A stretch of DNA of 64,000 nucleotides from Gammaproteobacteria bacterium (GCA_029882355.1 JAOUKV010000014.1:3923-67922), one strand, 5' to 3'; positions 20,030-29,697 are shown, counted from the first letter of the stretch. Notes: a model not told the origin generated them from the sequence alone. Program-made: numbers and translations.

Positions 20030-21148
20030 GTGATGGCGGCAATTAAAGAGAAAATTTTGATGACGGATAAGGGTGTAGTACCGACCAGATACTGGCACAA
20101 GCTGGATGATGGTCGTGTACAGTGTGATTTATGCCCACGTGAATGCAAGCTGCACGAGGGGCAGCGGGGCTTGTGTTTTGTTCGTGCTAGCGTTGATGAT
20201 CAAGTTGTACTGACCACCTACGGTCGTTCCAGTGGTTATTGCATTGATCCCATCGAGAAAAAACCGCTTAATCACTTTTTACCGGGAACGCCGGTATTGT
20301 CGTTTGGTACGGCAGGCTGCAATCTGGCCTGCAAGTTTTGCCAAAACTGGGATATCAGTAAGTCGCGCGAACTGGATACGCTGATGGATCACGCTGAACC
20401 TGAAACCATTGCCAGGGCAGCTGAAGAACTGGGTTGTCGCAGTGTGGCTTTTACCTATAATGACCCGGTCATTTTTCATGAGTATGCGATTGACGTCGCC
20501 AAAGCCTGTAAAAAACGGGGTATTAAGACGGTGGCGGTGACGGCGGGTTATATCTGTGATGAGCCGCGCGTGGAGTTTTTCGAGCACATGGATGCTGCTA
20601 ATATCGATTTGAAGGGTTTTACCGAAGATTTTTACTGGAAGATGACCGGCTCGCATCTGCAGCCGGTACTGGAAACGCTGGAATATATTCATCATGAAAC
20701 CGATGTCTGGATGGAGCTGACCACGCTTTTAATCCCCGGTTACAACGATAGTGAAAAAGAGATTAATGAAATGACTCAGTGGGTGGCTGAGAAGCTGGGG
20801 CCGGATGTGCCTATGCACTTCACTGCATTTCATCCCGATTACAAGATGATGGATGTGCCGCCGACGCCACTGGCGACATTGCGGAGGGCGCGTGAGATCG
20901 CGCTGAAAAATGGCATTCACTACGCCTATACTGGTAATGTGCATGATGTCGGGGGTGATAGCACCTACTGTCATTCCTGCGGGACGTGTTTGATTGAGCG
21001 GGACTGGTATGTTCTTGGAGAATGGAATTTGGATGATAAAGGTGGCTGCAAGAAATGCGGTAACCAGTGCGCCGGAGTTTTTGAATCAGGTCACGGTGAC
21101 TGGGGTGCAAAACGCCAGCCAGTGCATTTGGCCGATTATGAGAAGTAA
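20030..21148 (+). CDS. amrS: AmmeMemoRadiSam system radical SAM enzyme
   Basis: DPIEKKPL.HF, CNLACKFCQNW (CX3CX2C), divergent from amrB/amrA. Confidence 0.95.
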   Translation: MMAAIKEKILMTDKGVVPTRYWHKLDDGRVQCDLCPRECKLHEGQRGLCFVRASVDDQVVLTTYGRSSGYCIDPIEKKPLNHFLPGTPVLSFGTAGCNLACKFCQNWDISKSRELDTLMDHAEPETIARAAEELGCRSVAFTYNDPVIFHEYAIDVAKACKKRGIKTVAVTAGYICDEPRVEFFEHMDAANIDLKGFTEDFYWKMTGSHLQPVLETLEYIHHETDVWMELTTLLIPGYNDSEKEINEMTQWVAEKLGPDVPMHFTAFHPDYKMMDVPPTPLATLRRAREIALKNGIHYAYTGNVHDVGGDSTYCHSCGTCLIERDWYVLGEWNLDDKGGCKKCGNQCAGVFESGHGDWGAKRQPVHLADYEK

Positions 21149-21316
21149 TGACTGATAAAATATACGGTAATTTGTTATTATCCGCCGTTCGTTAGTAAAA
21201 TTGGACATTATGTCCTTGCGGGTAAGTCAAAATGATTTAAACCCGTCTATATAACAAGAGTCCAATATATATTGTTACAAATGTAAAAAAAGTAAGGCAA
21301 CCGGTTACGCGCAAAT

Positions 21317-23128
21317 ATGTATGAATCATTTTACGGCTTGAAAGAAAAGCCGTTTTCAATGTTACCCGATCCCGGGTTTCTTTATCTCAGTAAGAAGCAC
21401 CAGAAGGCGCTAACCCTGTTCGAGTATGGTTTGATGAATCATGCCGGTTTTTGTGTGATCAGTGGTGAGATAGGTTCCGGTAAAACCACCATAATGCGTA
21501 AATTGCTAGAAAATATGAGTCGCAAAATTAGGGTTGGTATGATCACCAATACTCATAAGGGATTCGGCAATTTACTGGATTGGGTGTTATCTGCTTACAG
21601 CATACATGAAAAAGGGTTGACCGAAGTTGAAAAACATCAGCGTTTTGTTGACTTTTTAATCGAGCAATATGCAGCCAAAAAGACAACACTCCTTATTGTT
21701 GACGAAGCACAAAATATGGCAGCCGATAAGCTGGAAGAGCTGCGCATGTTGTCGAATATTAACTCAGATAAAAATCAGGTTTTGCAGATTATTCTAGCGG
21801 GCCAGCCTGAGCTCAAAGAAACGCTCTCTCTTCCTGAATTAAAGCAGTTCGTCCAGCGTATTGCAGTGGATTATCATCTGGATTCGTTGGATCAGGAAGA
21901 TACTCGTGGTTATATCGCGCATCGTTTGTCGGTGGCGGGCGCAGACAGGATGCTCTTTACAGAAGAGGCCTGCGACCTGATATATAAATACAGTGGTGGC
22001 TCGCCACGCTTAATCAACTTGTTGTGCGATACGGTGATGGTTTATGGCTTTGCCGATCAACTGGAAGTGATTGATGATGTGGTAGTTATTGATATGATTT
22101 TGGAGCGGATGCAAAGTAGTATGGTTCCTCTGGCATGCACTGATCTACCGGAAAGAAAAGTTAGAAAGCAGGTGGCTGATAAAAGCATGGCCAGGGAAAG
22201 CGCTTCTGAGCAATCAGCAACTTCGGGTATAACAAAACAAAGCAGTGTCGATGCTGCGGGAGCTGAGAGCGATTTCGGTGAAAAAGTTTTACAGGCAGCC
22301 GCTTCTGAAAAAATTGAGGCGTCGGAAGTAGGCACTGAAGTAGTGTCTGAGGAAGAAATTCAGAGTTGCGATACTTTGGGGCCGGTAGAAGATAAAGCTC
22401 ATACAGCCCCTGAAAAAATAGAATCAGTTATAGATTCATCCGATGTGACAAAACCGGCGGAATCAAAACGCCAGCGTCTGCTAATACCAATATTGATGTC
22501 TATGCTTGTTCTTGTAATAGCAACTTTGTTTTTTGCATTGAGTCTAGACGATGATGGAGCGAGTACGGGTGCGGCTACAAGTGATATCAATAAATATAGC
22601 ACCCCACCTGAGCCGATAAACAGAACGACAGAAATTCTGCAACAGGATGTTGTTGATGTGGTCCCTGATGCTATACAAAAGCAACTGGATGAAGCGCAAA
22701 AACTTCAACAAGAAATGGTTCTGCGTCAGAAGGAAGATAGTGATAGATTGAAAAATCTGGAAGAGCAGGCGGTATTGTTGAAAAAAGAACGTGATAAGGC
22801 TTTAGTCAAAGCAAAAGCTGAAAAAGAAAAACGTGAATCTGAGGCCAGGGCGGCACGGATTTCTGCGGAGCGTGAAAAAGCGGCAGAAAAAATAGCGCAA
22901 CAAGCGGTTGCTGAAGCCATGGCGGCAGATCAGAAAGCAAAAGCACTTGAAGAATTAAGGGCTAGAGAGCAGCAGGATATTGCTGATGCATTGGAAGCCG
23001 AGCAGAAAAAGCTGGAAGCTGAGAAAATGAAAGCAGAAGCAGAAAAAATGAAGGCGGAAGCGGAGAAGGCTCCGACTGATGTTCGTTGTGAAGGCGCTAC
23101 GGCGCGTTTTTTATCAACCTGCCGTTAA
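21317..23128 (+). CDS. ExeA/GspA-family AAA ATPase with TM segment and TolA-like coiled-coil C-terminus
   Basis: MYESFYGL.EKPF...PDP, Walker A GEIGSGKT, VDEAQN, GQPEL, GGSPRLINLLCD; TM near aa 390-408; A/E/K-rich tail. Confidence 0.85.
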   Translation: MYESFYGLKEKPFSMLPDPGFLYLSKKHQKALTLFEYGLMNHAGFCVISGEIGSGKTTIMRKLLENMSRKIRVGMITNTHKGFGNLLDWVLSAYSIHEKGLTEVEKHQRFVDFLIEQYAAKKTTLLIVDEAQNMAADKLEELRMLSNINSDKNQVLQIILAGQPELKETLSLPELKQFVQRIAVDYHLDSLDQEDTRGYIAHRLSVAGADRMLFTEEACDLIYKYSGGSPRLINLLCDTVMVYGFADQLEVIDDVVVIDMILERMQSSMVPLACTDLPERKVRKQVADKSMARESASEQSATSGITKQSSVDAAGAESDFGEKVLQAAASEKIEASEVGTEVVSEEEIQSCDTLGPVEDKAHTAPEKIESVIDSSDVTKPAESKRQRLLIPILMSMLVLVIATLFFALSLDDDGASTGAATSDINKYSTPPEPINRTTEILQQDVVDVVPDAIQKQLDEAQKLQQEMVLRQKEDSDRLKNLEEQAVLLKKERDKALVKAKAEKEKRESEARAARISAEREKAAEKIAQQAVAEAMAADQKAKALEELRAREQQDIADALEAEQKKLEAEKMKAEAEKMKAEAEKAPTDVRCEGATARFLSTCR

Positions 23129-23143
23129 ATGAATAAAGTTGCT

Positions 23144-23389
23144 TTAGTCTTTGTCCCTGCAGCGGGCAAACGTATCGCCATTATCGATGGCGGCGTTTTG
23201 CACCGTTTCTTCGTCAGGAAATAGTTCCTTGAGATCGGCCATGCCAAGGGTCTCGCCTTTTTCATCATAGCGTTGCCATATTTTATCCCAGCGCTCGTCA
23301 TTAAAATAAAAACCGGTAGGCAGCAGACACACTGTATTTTGATTGAAATCAGAGATGACTTTTGGTTCTGTGAGTTTGCCTGCTGCCAT
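23144..23389 (-). CDS. Small hypothetical protein
   Basis: 81 aa with AAAGG RBS-like sequence upstream; fills the gap between neighbours. Confidence 0.65.
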   Translation of the reverse strand: MAAGKLTEPKVISDFNQNTVCLLPTGFYFNDERWDKIWQRYDEKGETLGMADLKELFPDEETVQNAAIDNGDTFARCRDKD

Positions 23390-23426
23390 GATTTGCCTTT
23401 AAATTATGCTGATATATTGTGACAAT

Positions 23427-23819
23427 ATGCTAATGCCGAAACCAGAAGTGACATTATTAGCCATTACCGAACTGGGTGGTTATCCTGATTTTACCAGCTT
23501 ATATGAACAACTGGGCTATGAAGTGGTGAAAACGGATAGCGTGCGCAAGGCGGTTAAGTTGATTCGTCAGCAGCGGCCTGCCCTGATCGTTTCAGAGTTC
23601 AATTTCCAGTCAGATTTTCGTGATCGTACCAGTAGTCTGGAAACGATACTTTCATCAGCTCAGGGTGTCGTCGATGCAAAAATGATTGTGTTTTATGAGC
23701 AGGAGTATCAGCAGCAATATGATCGATTTTTAGAAAGATTTGAGGTATTTGCTTCTTTATCTTTTCCTCTGGATGAAAAAGATCTTCAGTGTGCCTTGCA
23801 ACGGGCACTGGTAGAATAG
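23427..23819 (+). CDS. Receiver-like (pseudo-REC) hypothetical protein
   Basis: GYEV...SVRKAV.LIRQ.RPALIVSEF follows the REC beta/alpha pattern, with Glu at the phospho-Asp position; start uncertain. Confidence 0.6.
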   Translation: MLMPKPEVTLLAITELGGYPDFTSLYEQLGYEVVKTDSVRKAVKLIRQQRPALIVSEFNFQSDFRDRTSSLETILSSAQGVVDAKMIVFYEQEYQQQYDRFLERFEVFASLSFPLDEKDLQCALQRALVE

Positions 23820-23936
23820 TGCCATATTTACTGATTTTATTAAATCGAACTTCATTTAACCTGCCGTTTTTTACTTGTATTTCTTCGTCAATTTCAGGTA
23901 AAAAGCGGCTCTAGATTATGTAACAGGCGGTTAGCC

Positions 23937-24635
23937 ATGATTAACAACAAGACAATAAACGAAATAATTGAAAGTACTGATCCAAAAGAGTCGATGGAGT
24001 ATCTAAATAATTACCTGGCAGAAAAGCAGAAGGCATTGGCTGAATTACCTGATGATGCTAGTGAGCTTGATCGAGCTTATTTGAAGCTGGATATTGCTGA
24101 AGCTTTGGTTGGTGTTGGTCGGGCGGAAGAATGTTGGGAAGTGGCTCGTCAGGCCTTTGATGTGTTCCTTGAAAATGAGCAATGGGAAGCTGCGGTTCAA
24201 TGTTGTGATGTACTCTATCAAAGTGGTCAGCCTGCATCTTTGAGTGCATTGGGGCAAGGTGTCTGGTTGGCGGTGACTTATCCCATTGATCCGCAGCTAT
24301 CGGTCAATATGCTGGGTTATGTCGTTGATGAAACACCGGGAAAAGCTGACGGCGCAGCCATTGCAGCAATCACCGCGCACTACATTGCTGACATGCGAAC
24401 AGAGGGCGATACAAACAAGAGTATGACTTTTGTGACTAATCAATTACTGGCCAATGTCGCGCGTGAGCATTCGGGTATTAAAGATCAGGAAGGCATGAAC
24501 GCCTGGATGGAAAAGCTGCAGCTGCTTGATCCAGCCATTTTCCTGCCGCGTTTATCGCTGGTATTAGGTGCCATTGTGCCGCAGGATCAATGGTGGTTTG
24601 ATCGTGATGCTTTACGCGAGAGAATCGCTGATTAG
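23937..24635 (+). CDS. Helical (TPR-like) hypothetical protein
   Basis: 232 aa, alpha-helical repeat-like pattern, RBS upstream. Confidence 0.7.
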   Translation: MINNKTINEIIESTDPKESMEYLNNYLAEKQKALAELPDDASELDRAYLKLDIAEALVGVGRAEECWEVARQAFDVFLENEQWEAAVQCCDVLYQSGQPASLSALGQGVWLAVTYPIDPQLSVNMLGYVVDETPGKADGAAIAAITAHYIADMRTEGDTNKSMTFVTNQLLANVAREHSGIKDQEGMNAWMEKLQLLDPAIFLPRLSLVLGAIVPQDQWWFDRDALRERIAD

Positions 24636-24672
24636 ACCAGGTTGTTTACAGCTGGAAGAGTAAAGAAGAATT

Positions 24673-25356
24673 TTATTCTAGAGAAAGCTCGCTGATGTCG
24701 GGAATCGGCGCTTTCTCTTTTTCTTTAGGGTTTTCAATAATATCAACACCTGCTTCGGCCATGGAGATATCACTGATATCGCCAATCGCCTGAGGTGTGA
24801 CTTCAACGGGGTGTTCGAGAACGTTAGCGCCGACTTCAGCCATGGAGATAGCGCTAATGTCACCAATCGGCTGAGGCGTGACTTCAACGGGGTGTTCGAG
24901 AACATTAGCACCAACCTCGGCCATGGAGATGGCGCTAATATCATCAATTTTCTGGGGTGTAACTTCAACGGGATTTTCGATCACCAGTGCGCCGACTTCA
25001 GCCATGGTGATATCACCGGTGTCTACATCAGAAACTTGTTGAGCGATTTTTTCGGCTATAGATTGGCCGGTGGATGGCGCAGACGCCGCCTGAGATGGCG
25101 CTTCAGCAGCAGGTGCAGCATCCGCCATATTCTCTATCTTGATAACCAGGCCGGCATTTTCTAATGCGACGCGGTATTTTTCAGCCATTAGCTCATCGAC
25201 TTTAGACTTGATCACCTTACGGCCACCAGCAAAAAATGGGGCGAGTTTTGCCGGTTCTGTTTTGAACAGCTTAGCCATGTTTTGCATGGCAGTATCTTTG
25301 TCCTTACCCGGCTGAATCATACCGAAGAAGACAATGTTGAAGAGTGGTTCACTCAT
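24673..25356 (-). CDS. Hypothetical protein with N-terminal globular domain, Ala/Pro linker and acidic 27-aa repeats
   Basis: 227 aa with AGCAGGA RBS upstream; repeats visible in the translation. Confidence 0.8.
   Translation of the reverse strand: MSEPLFNIVFFGMIQPGKDKDTAMQNMAKLFKTEPAKLAPFFAGGRKVIKSKVDELMAEKYRVALENAGLVIKIENMADAAPAAEAPSQAASAPSTGQSIAEKIAQQVSDVDTGDITMAEVGALVIENPVEVTPQKIDDISAISMAEVGANVLEHPVEVTPQPIGDISAISMAEVGANVLEHPVEVTPQAIGDISDISMAEAGVDIIENPKEKEKAPIPDISELSLE
24700..25023 (-). repeat. Intragenic tandem repeat, 4 x 81 bp (27 aa DISAISMAEVGANVLEHPVEVTPQxIG)
   Basis: GCCATGG recurs at exact 81-bp spacing (its atg at 24761, 24842, 24923 and 25004). Confidence 0.95.
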
Positions 25357-25443
25357 GCCGAATTCCTGCTTATTTACCTTATTATTTGCTACCTTATTGG
25401 ATCAGTGTAGTCGAAAGTCGATGATTTCAGAAGTATACGGTTG

Positions 25444-25719
25444 TTATTTTTTCTCGGGTCGGGTGAAGGGCACTACGTGCGATGATTTAGGCTCATCGGT
25501 ATAGCGTGGACGAGCTGTATTAGTTTGGCCCTTTTCTTCGGTTAATTCTTTTTCTCGTGCTGCGATCAGGCTAAAGCAGTGTTTGATGTCTTCTATTGTT
25601 TGTTCCGTTAAGGGGTGACGCATACCGGGTGGTGGTGTTGTCTCACGAACCACGCCTGAAAGAGTCTTGCGCAGTGCAATGAGGATTTTCTGATCTTTTG
25701 AGAGTTCGTTGTTGTTCAT
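25444..25719 (-). CDS. Conserved-looking hypothetical protein
   Basis: LSKDQKIL..LRKTL..VVRETTPPPGMRHPL...TIEDI..CF.LI.AREKEL; start uncertain. Confidence 0.7.
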   Translation of the reverse strand: MNNNELSKDQKILIALRKTLSGVVRETTPPPGMRHPLTEQTIEDIKHCFSLIAAREKELTEEKGQTNTARPRYTDEPKSSHVVPFTRPEKK

Positions 25720-25862
25720 AATATAATTTTTGGACATGGTGGTCTTGGATGTATAATAGTTTAGCAAATTACTAGGTTATTATGTAAACAGTGCTGGTGT
25801 GGCAATAATTGCCAGGCTGTATGCTTGAATGTAGACAATATTAAGTCAGAAGAGATAGAGAT

Positions 25863-26105
25863 ATGCCATATTACGTATACAAAATAAGCGAACAGGCGGG
25901 TATGAGTCTGGTTAAAAACCTTGAGTTACTGGGCGTTTCTGATTCATTCAAGGACGCAAAGGCTCAGGCCAGGGAAATCCGTGAAAAGCAGGATGGTGCA
26001 GAGGGTGTGTCGGTTAAGGTGATGTTTGCCGAAAATCAGCTATTGGCTGAGGAGCAGCTGCTGGAGCACCGTGAAAAACCTATCGTCATGGAACACGAAA
26101 AATAA
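25863..26105 (+). CDS. Small hypothetical protein
   Basis: 80 aa, purine-rich RBS region, first of three co-oriented genes. Confidence 0.7.
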   Translation: MPYYVYKISEQAGMSLVKNLELLGVSDSFKDAKAQAREIREKQDGAEGVSVKVMFAENQLLAEEQLLEHREKPIVMEHEK

Positions 26106-26120
26106 TTCTGCTGAAATTCA

Positions 26121-26591
26121 ATGGAAGAGGATGAGTACAAGGCGACTTATCAGGAGATAGCGGAAAATCGCTGTGTTTTTGAGAAGGCGTTAACCAATAA
26201 TCAGTGCAAATGCCGTTTTTCGAAGCATTTTTGGTTGGCCGACCGTGAAGGCTATTCTTGCCAGTCGCAGGAAATTGCGGCTAATTGCCGCAATCTTCTG
26301 ACAAAGCTGAGAGAAAAATCAAAGTTCTTGCTAAAGCTTCACGAGGTAGGCGAGCAACTGCCGCATAATATGGAAATTCGGGTGCAGGTTGGCGGCCTCA
26401 GGGGCTTGAGGTCGGTTTTGGCTACAGATGAAAAGGATTCATTGATCAGCGATATTCGCGCACTGATTGAGCAGGCCGAAAAGCAGTACGATAATATGGA
26501 TGCATTACCTTACAGCGAGATAGTACAATCCATCGCCAGTTTTAAGACCCGGAGATACGGTAAAGGTAAGCAAAGCCGTGATACCGATTAA
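26121..26591 (+). CDS. Cys-rich hypothetical protein (possible metal/Fe-S binding)
   Basis: CVFEKAL...CKC...C...C cluster in the N-half; 15 bp from the upstream gene. Confidence 0.7.
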   Translation: MEEDEYKATYQEIAENRCVFEKALTNNQCKCRFSKHFWLADREGYSCQSQEIAANCRNLLTKLREKSKFLLKLHEVGEQLPHNMEIRVQVGGLRGLRSVLATDEKDSLISDIRALIEQAEKQYDNMDALPYSEIVQSIASFKTRRYGKGKQSRDTD

Positions 26592-26615
26592 AGATTAAAG
26601 TTATCAGAGGTTATT

Positions 26616-26948
26616 ATGTTTAAAACAAAAGTTGTTCGTGCACGTTCCACCAATGAATACGTCAGTATGATCGAACAGGCGCTGGATGATATCTGGGATA
26701 TCAGGCAGTCGATGGAATTTGATGGTGAAGGTATCGTGGAAATGGGGGCTTTTATTGACGAACTGGAAGTCAGTCTGAAAGAAATATATCAGTCGATGAA
26801 AGATGAGACTTATGAATTTGCCACCGGCAATTTCCCGTTCATGAAGTCTCTGGATAACTATCACTCATCCATGATCCCCTTCCGCTATTTGTTAGTGCGT
26901 ATTAATGAGACGCATATGAAGGGCATAGAGATTAGTGAGAACGATTAA
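26616..26948 (+). CDS. Acidic helical hypothetical protein
   Basis: 110 aa, GAGG RBS, co-oriented with the two preceding genes. Confidence 0.7.
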   Translation: MFKTKVVRARSTNEYVSMIEQALDDIWDIRQSMEFDGEGIVEMGAFIDELEVSLKEIYQSMKDETYEFATGNFPFMKSLDNYHSSMIPFRYLLVRINETHMKGIEISEND

Positions 26949-27667
26949 TCTTTGATAGATGCCAGCGCTTCTTCTCTGCTAACAGCCGAATAAGGTATAT
27001 CCCGAATCTTGTCATGCACCTGCATGCGGTATTTCACAAAATCTTCTTTTTGATCAAAGTGTAAAAACGGATTGCCTTCTTTCTGGGCTTGCATGGTTGA
27101 GGTCGGATCGCTGGGTGCGTAATTGTGGCCTGGATGCAAAATCGTCTGACTGGGTAAGTCGGTGCGTAGATGTTTCAGACTGTTGAACATCTGTTCAGGA
27201 TCGCTGCCGGTCATATCGCATCGACCGCAACCAAAAACGAACAGGGTATCGCCCGCGATCAGGTGTTCGCCCATGTGGTAACAGGCTGAGCCCGGAGTAT
27301 GCCCCGGCGTGTGCAGCACCTTTATTTCAGTTTTGCCTATTTTGATGATGTCACCGCCATGATGCAGCTTCGGTTTTTCTAAATGCGCACCCCAGAATTT
27401 CGCCTCGTCTTTGAGTAGGTGAATCTGCGCATCATATTGATTCAAAACATGCTCAATACCGTTAACATGGTCGTGGTGACTATGGGTGAGAAGAATATCG
27501 GTAATTTCAATATCCTTAGCTTTGGCTAATTGAATAACTTCTTCAACGTCCCAGGCGGGGTCGACAATGGCGGCTTTGTTGCTTGCTTCGTCGTGCAACA
27601 GATAGACGAAATTCTCCATAGGGCCGAGTTCAAGAGCGTGAATGTGGTGTTTGGTATCTGGGTTCAT
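26945..27667 (-). CDS. MBL-fold metallo-hydrolase (glyoxalase II-like)
   Basis: THSHHDH, HTPGHTPGS, GDTLF..GCGR.D, PGH. Confidence 0.92.
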   Translation of the reverse strand: MNPDTKHHIHALELGPMENFVYLLHDEASNKAAIVDPAWDVEEVIQLAKAKDIEITDILLTHSHHDHVNGIEHVLNQYDAQIHLLKDEAKFWGAHLEKPKLHHGGDIIKIGKTEIKVLHTPGHTPGSACYHMGEHLIAGDTLFVFGCGRCDMTGSDPEQMFNSLKHLRTDLPSQTILHPGHNYAPSDPTSTMQAQKEGNPFLHFDQKEDFVKYRMQVHDKIRDIPYSAVSREEALASIKD

Positions 27668-27802
27668 ATAATTAAATATCGATTATTAACAAATGCTTAT
27701 ATTTCTTATTTGGTGTGTAGAATATGTACATGAGTTTAAACAAGGTTATAATCAGTCACCAGTGAGAGGGTGTTATTTGTTGTACTAATAGGGATTTTCA
27801 AA

Positions 27803-28819
27803 ATGAGCCAAAAAGAATGTAGTGTAAGCCAAAATAATGTGATGTCTACGCTTGCCGTGGAACATGACAAACGAATCTTATCAAGATTACAGTTATTCAG
27901 AAATGTTGATCTTGATGATCCTGTCTTTGATAGCTTGTTGAACCAGTGTTCCTATCGTGAATTAGGAAGTGGTGATTCACTATTATCTATTGAAAAAGAA
28001 AATCATCATCTGTACGTAGTTATAAGAGGACGTTGTGCAGTGCAGCTGGGACATAATGATGAAACGCCTCTAGCCATTGTTGAGCCGGGTGAGTGTGTTG
28101 GTGAAATGTCGATTATTGATAGTCGAGTACCTTCCGCGATGGTTGTTGCTGATGAGTCTACTTTGGTGCTCGAAATTGAACAGGAAGTGCTATGGCGCAT
28201 GGTGAGTCATTCTCACGAGGTGGCGAGAAACCTGCTGTATATAATGTCAGAGCGAATTCGTTACAGTAATCTGGTGATTGCCGACAGCCTTGAACAACAG
28301 CGCAAGTTTCAGCATCATGCCACTATTGATGCACTTACCGGCTTGCATAATCGTGGTTGGATGAATGATGTTTTTACGCGTGAGATCAAGCGTACTGAGC
28401 GTGAAGAGCTACCTTTATGCCTGATGATGCTGGATATTGATTTATTTAAATCTTATAACGATACCTATGGCCATCTGGCCGGTGATCGTGCCTTGATGAG
28501 CGTGGGTGAAGCGGCAAAAGCACCATTGCGAACCAATGATTTATTTGCGCGTTATGGTGGTGAAGAATTTTCAGTATTGTTGCCGGAAACAAAAATAGAG
28601 CAAGCAATGATTGTTGCTGAGCGTCTACGAGACCGTATCAGCAGGACCGACCCCGGTATTCTTGATGGTGTGCAGTTACCTAAAGTGACTGTGTCTATCG
28701 GCATTGCTGAATTTAGATCAGGCTATACACTTGAGACTATGGTGGCGGCGGCCGATGTTGCCATGTATCAAGCCAAGAACAGTGGTCGCAATTGTGTGAA
28801 AATTGTTACTGACTCGTAA
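27803..28819 (+). CDS. cNMP-binding domain diguanylate cyclase
   Basis: GECVGEMS...PSA.V cNMP motif; RTND I-site followed by RYGGEEF; start uncertain. Confidence 0.9.
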   Translation: MSQKECSVSQNNVMSTLAVEHDKRILSRLQLFRNVDLDDPVFDSLLNQCSYRELGSGDSLLSIEKENHHLYVVIRGRCAVQLGHNDETPLAIVEPGECVGEMSIIDSRVPSAMVVADESTLVLEIEQEVLWRMVSHSHEVARNLLYIMSERIRYSNLVIADSLEQQRKFQHHATIDALTGLHNRGWMNDVFTREIKRTEREELPLCLMMLDIDLFKSYNDTYGHLAGDRALMSVGEAAKAPLRTNDLFARYGGEEFSVLLPETKIEQAMIVAERLRDRISRTDPGILDGVQLPKVTVSIGIAEFRSGYTLETMVAAADVAMYQAKNSGRNCVKIVTDS

Positions 28820-28889
28820 TCGTCGAGTTGTTTGATTTGGCCTGTAAAAGCCTGAGAATAGACGCTGCATATTTTTCAGCGTAAGAGTC

Positions 28890-29372
28890 GTGAATCCAGA
28901 GTCTCCACAAAAACAGAAGCAGCCTCTTAATAACCGTCCATTTATTGGTGTTGGTGTTTTGCTATGGAAAGGTGATTGCCTGCTATTGGGTCAGCGCCGG
29001 ACATTGCATGGTCAACATGATTGGCAATTTCCAGGTGGTCATCTTGAAAGTGGTGAGAGCGTATTAGAATGCGCAGCCAGAGAAGTTCGAGAAGAAACCG
29101 GTTTGCAAATAGTTAGTGCTGAGCACGCGGCTTTCAGTAATGAAATGTTTTCAACGGGTGAACGTGATTATGTGACTCTGTATGTTACAGCAGCACATAT
29201 ATCCGGTGAGCCTGAGGTTATGGAGCCGGATAAGTGCCTGAGCTGGCAATGGTTTCCTTACCATAAGCTGCCTGCCCCCTTATTTATGCCGATTATAAAT
29301 TTACTGAAACAATCGCCAGATTTGAGTGTATTTCAAGTTGTCCCGGATAGGCCATCAAACGAGCGAAAATAA
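28890..29372 (+). CDS. NUDIX hydrolase (NUDT15/MutT-like)
   Basis: Nudix box GGHLESGESVLECAAREVREETGL; MEPDKC..W.WF. Confidence 0.92.
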   Translation: MNPESPQKQKQPLNNRPFIGVGVLLWKGDCLLLGQRRTLHGQHDWQFPGGHLESGESVLECAAREVREETGLQIVSAEHAAFSNEMFSTGERDYVTLYVTAAHISGEPEVMEPDKCLSWQWFPYHKLPAPLFMPIINLLKQSPDLSVFQVVPDRPSNERK

Positions 29373-29697
29373 AATCAGCCAATGTTGTTTCGATGTTGTT
29401 GCTGGCCAGTAAAAACATACGCGCAGTAAAGGCAGTATCAAATTTGCATTCTGAGGAATGAATAGATGATTTTCTATATTTGATGTGACGAAGTTCGGCT
29501 TTGATTAGATTGTGTGTGTAACCGTTATTAATGTGCCAATTAATAGAATATTCCTGTTGTTCTTTTATATAAGCTAACTGAAAGCTAACAGGCCTCTTAT
29601 TTTTAAACCAGACAAATAAGTCCATATTTGAATCTGTAAACCAGCGTTTGGATTTGGCCAGATTATTTCGGTGAGTTGAAGCAATTTCTTGTAACAT
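29293..29697 (-). CDS. Hypothetical protein
   Basis: GAGGAG RBS upstream; KRWF.D..MDLFVW...FQLAY pattern; about 80-bp tail overlap with the Nudix gene. Confidence 0.55.
   Translation of the reverse strand: MLQEIASTHRNNLAKSKRWFTDSNMDLFVWFKNKRPVSFQLAYIKEQQEYSINWHINNGYTHNLIKAELRHIKYRKSSIHSSECKFDTAFTARMFLLASNNIETTLADFIFARLMAYPGQLEIHSNLAIVSVNL

Noticed and set aside
24700-25023. CRISPR-like periodicity
   Set aside because: In-frame coding repeat with no unique spacers and no cas genes
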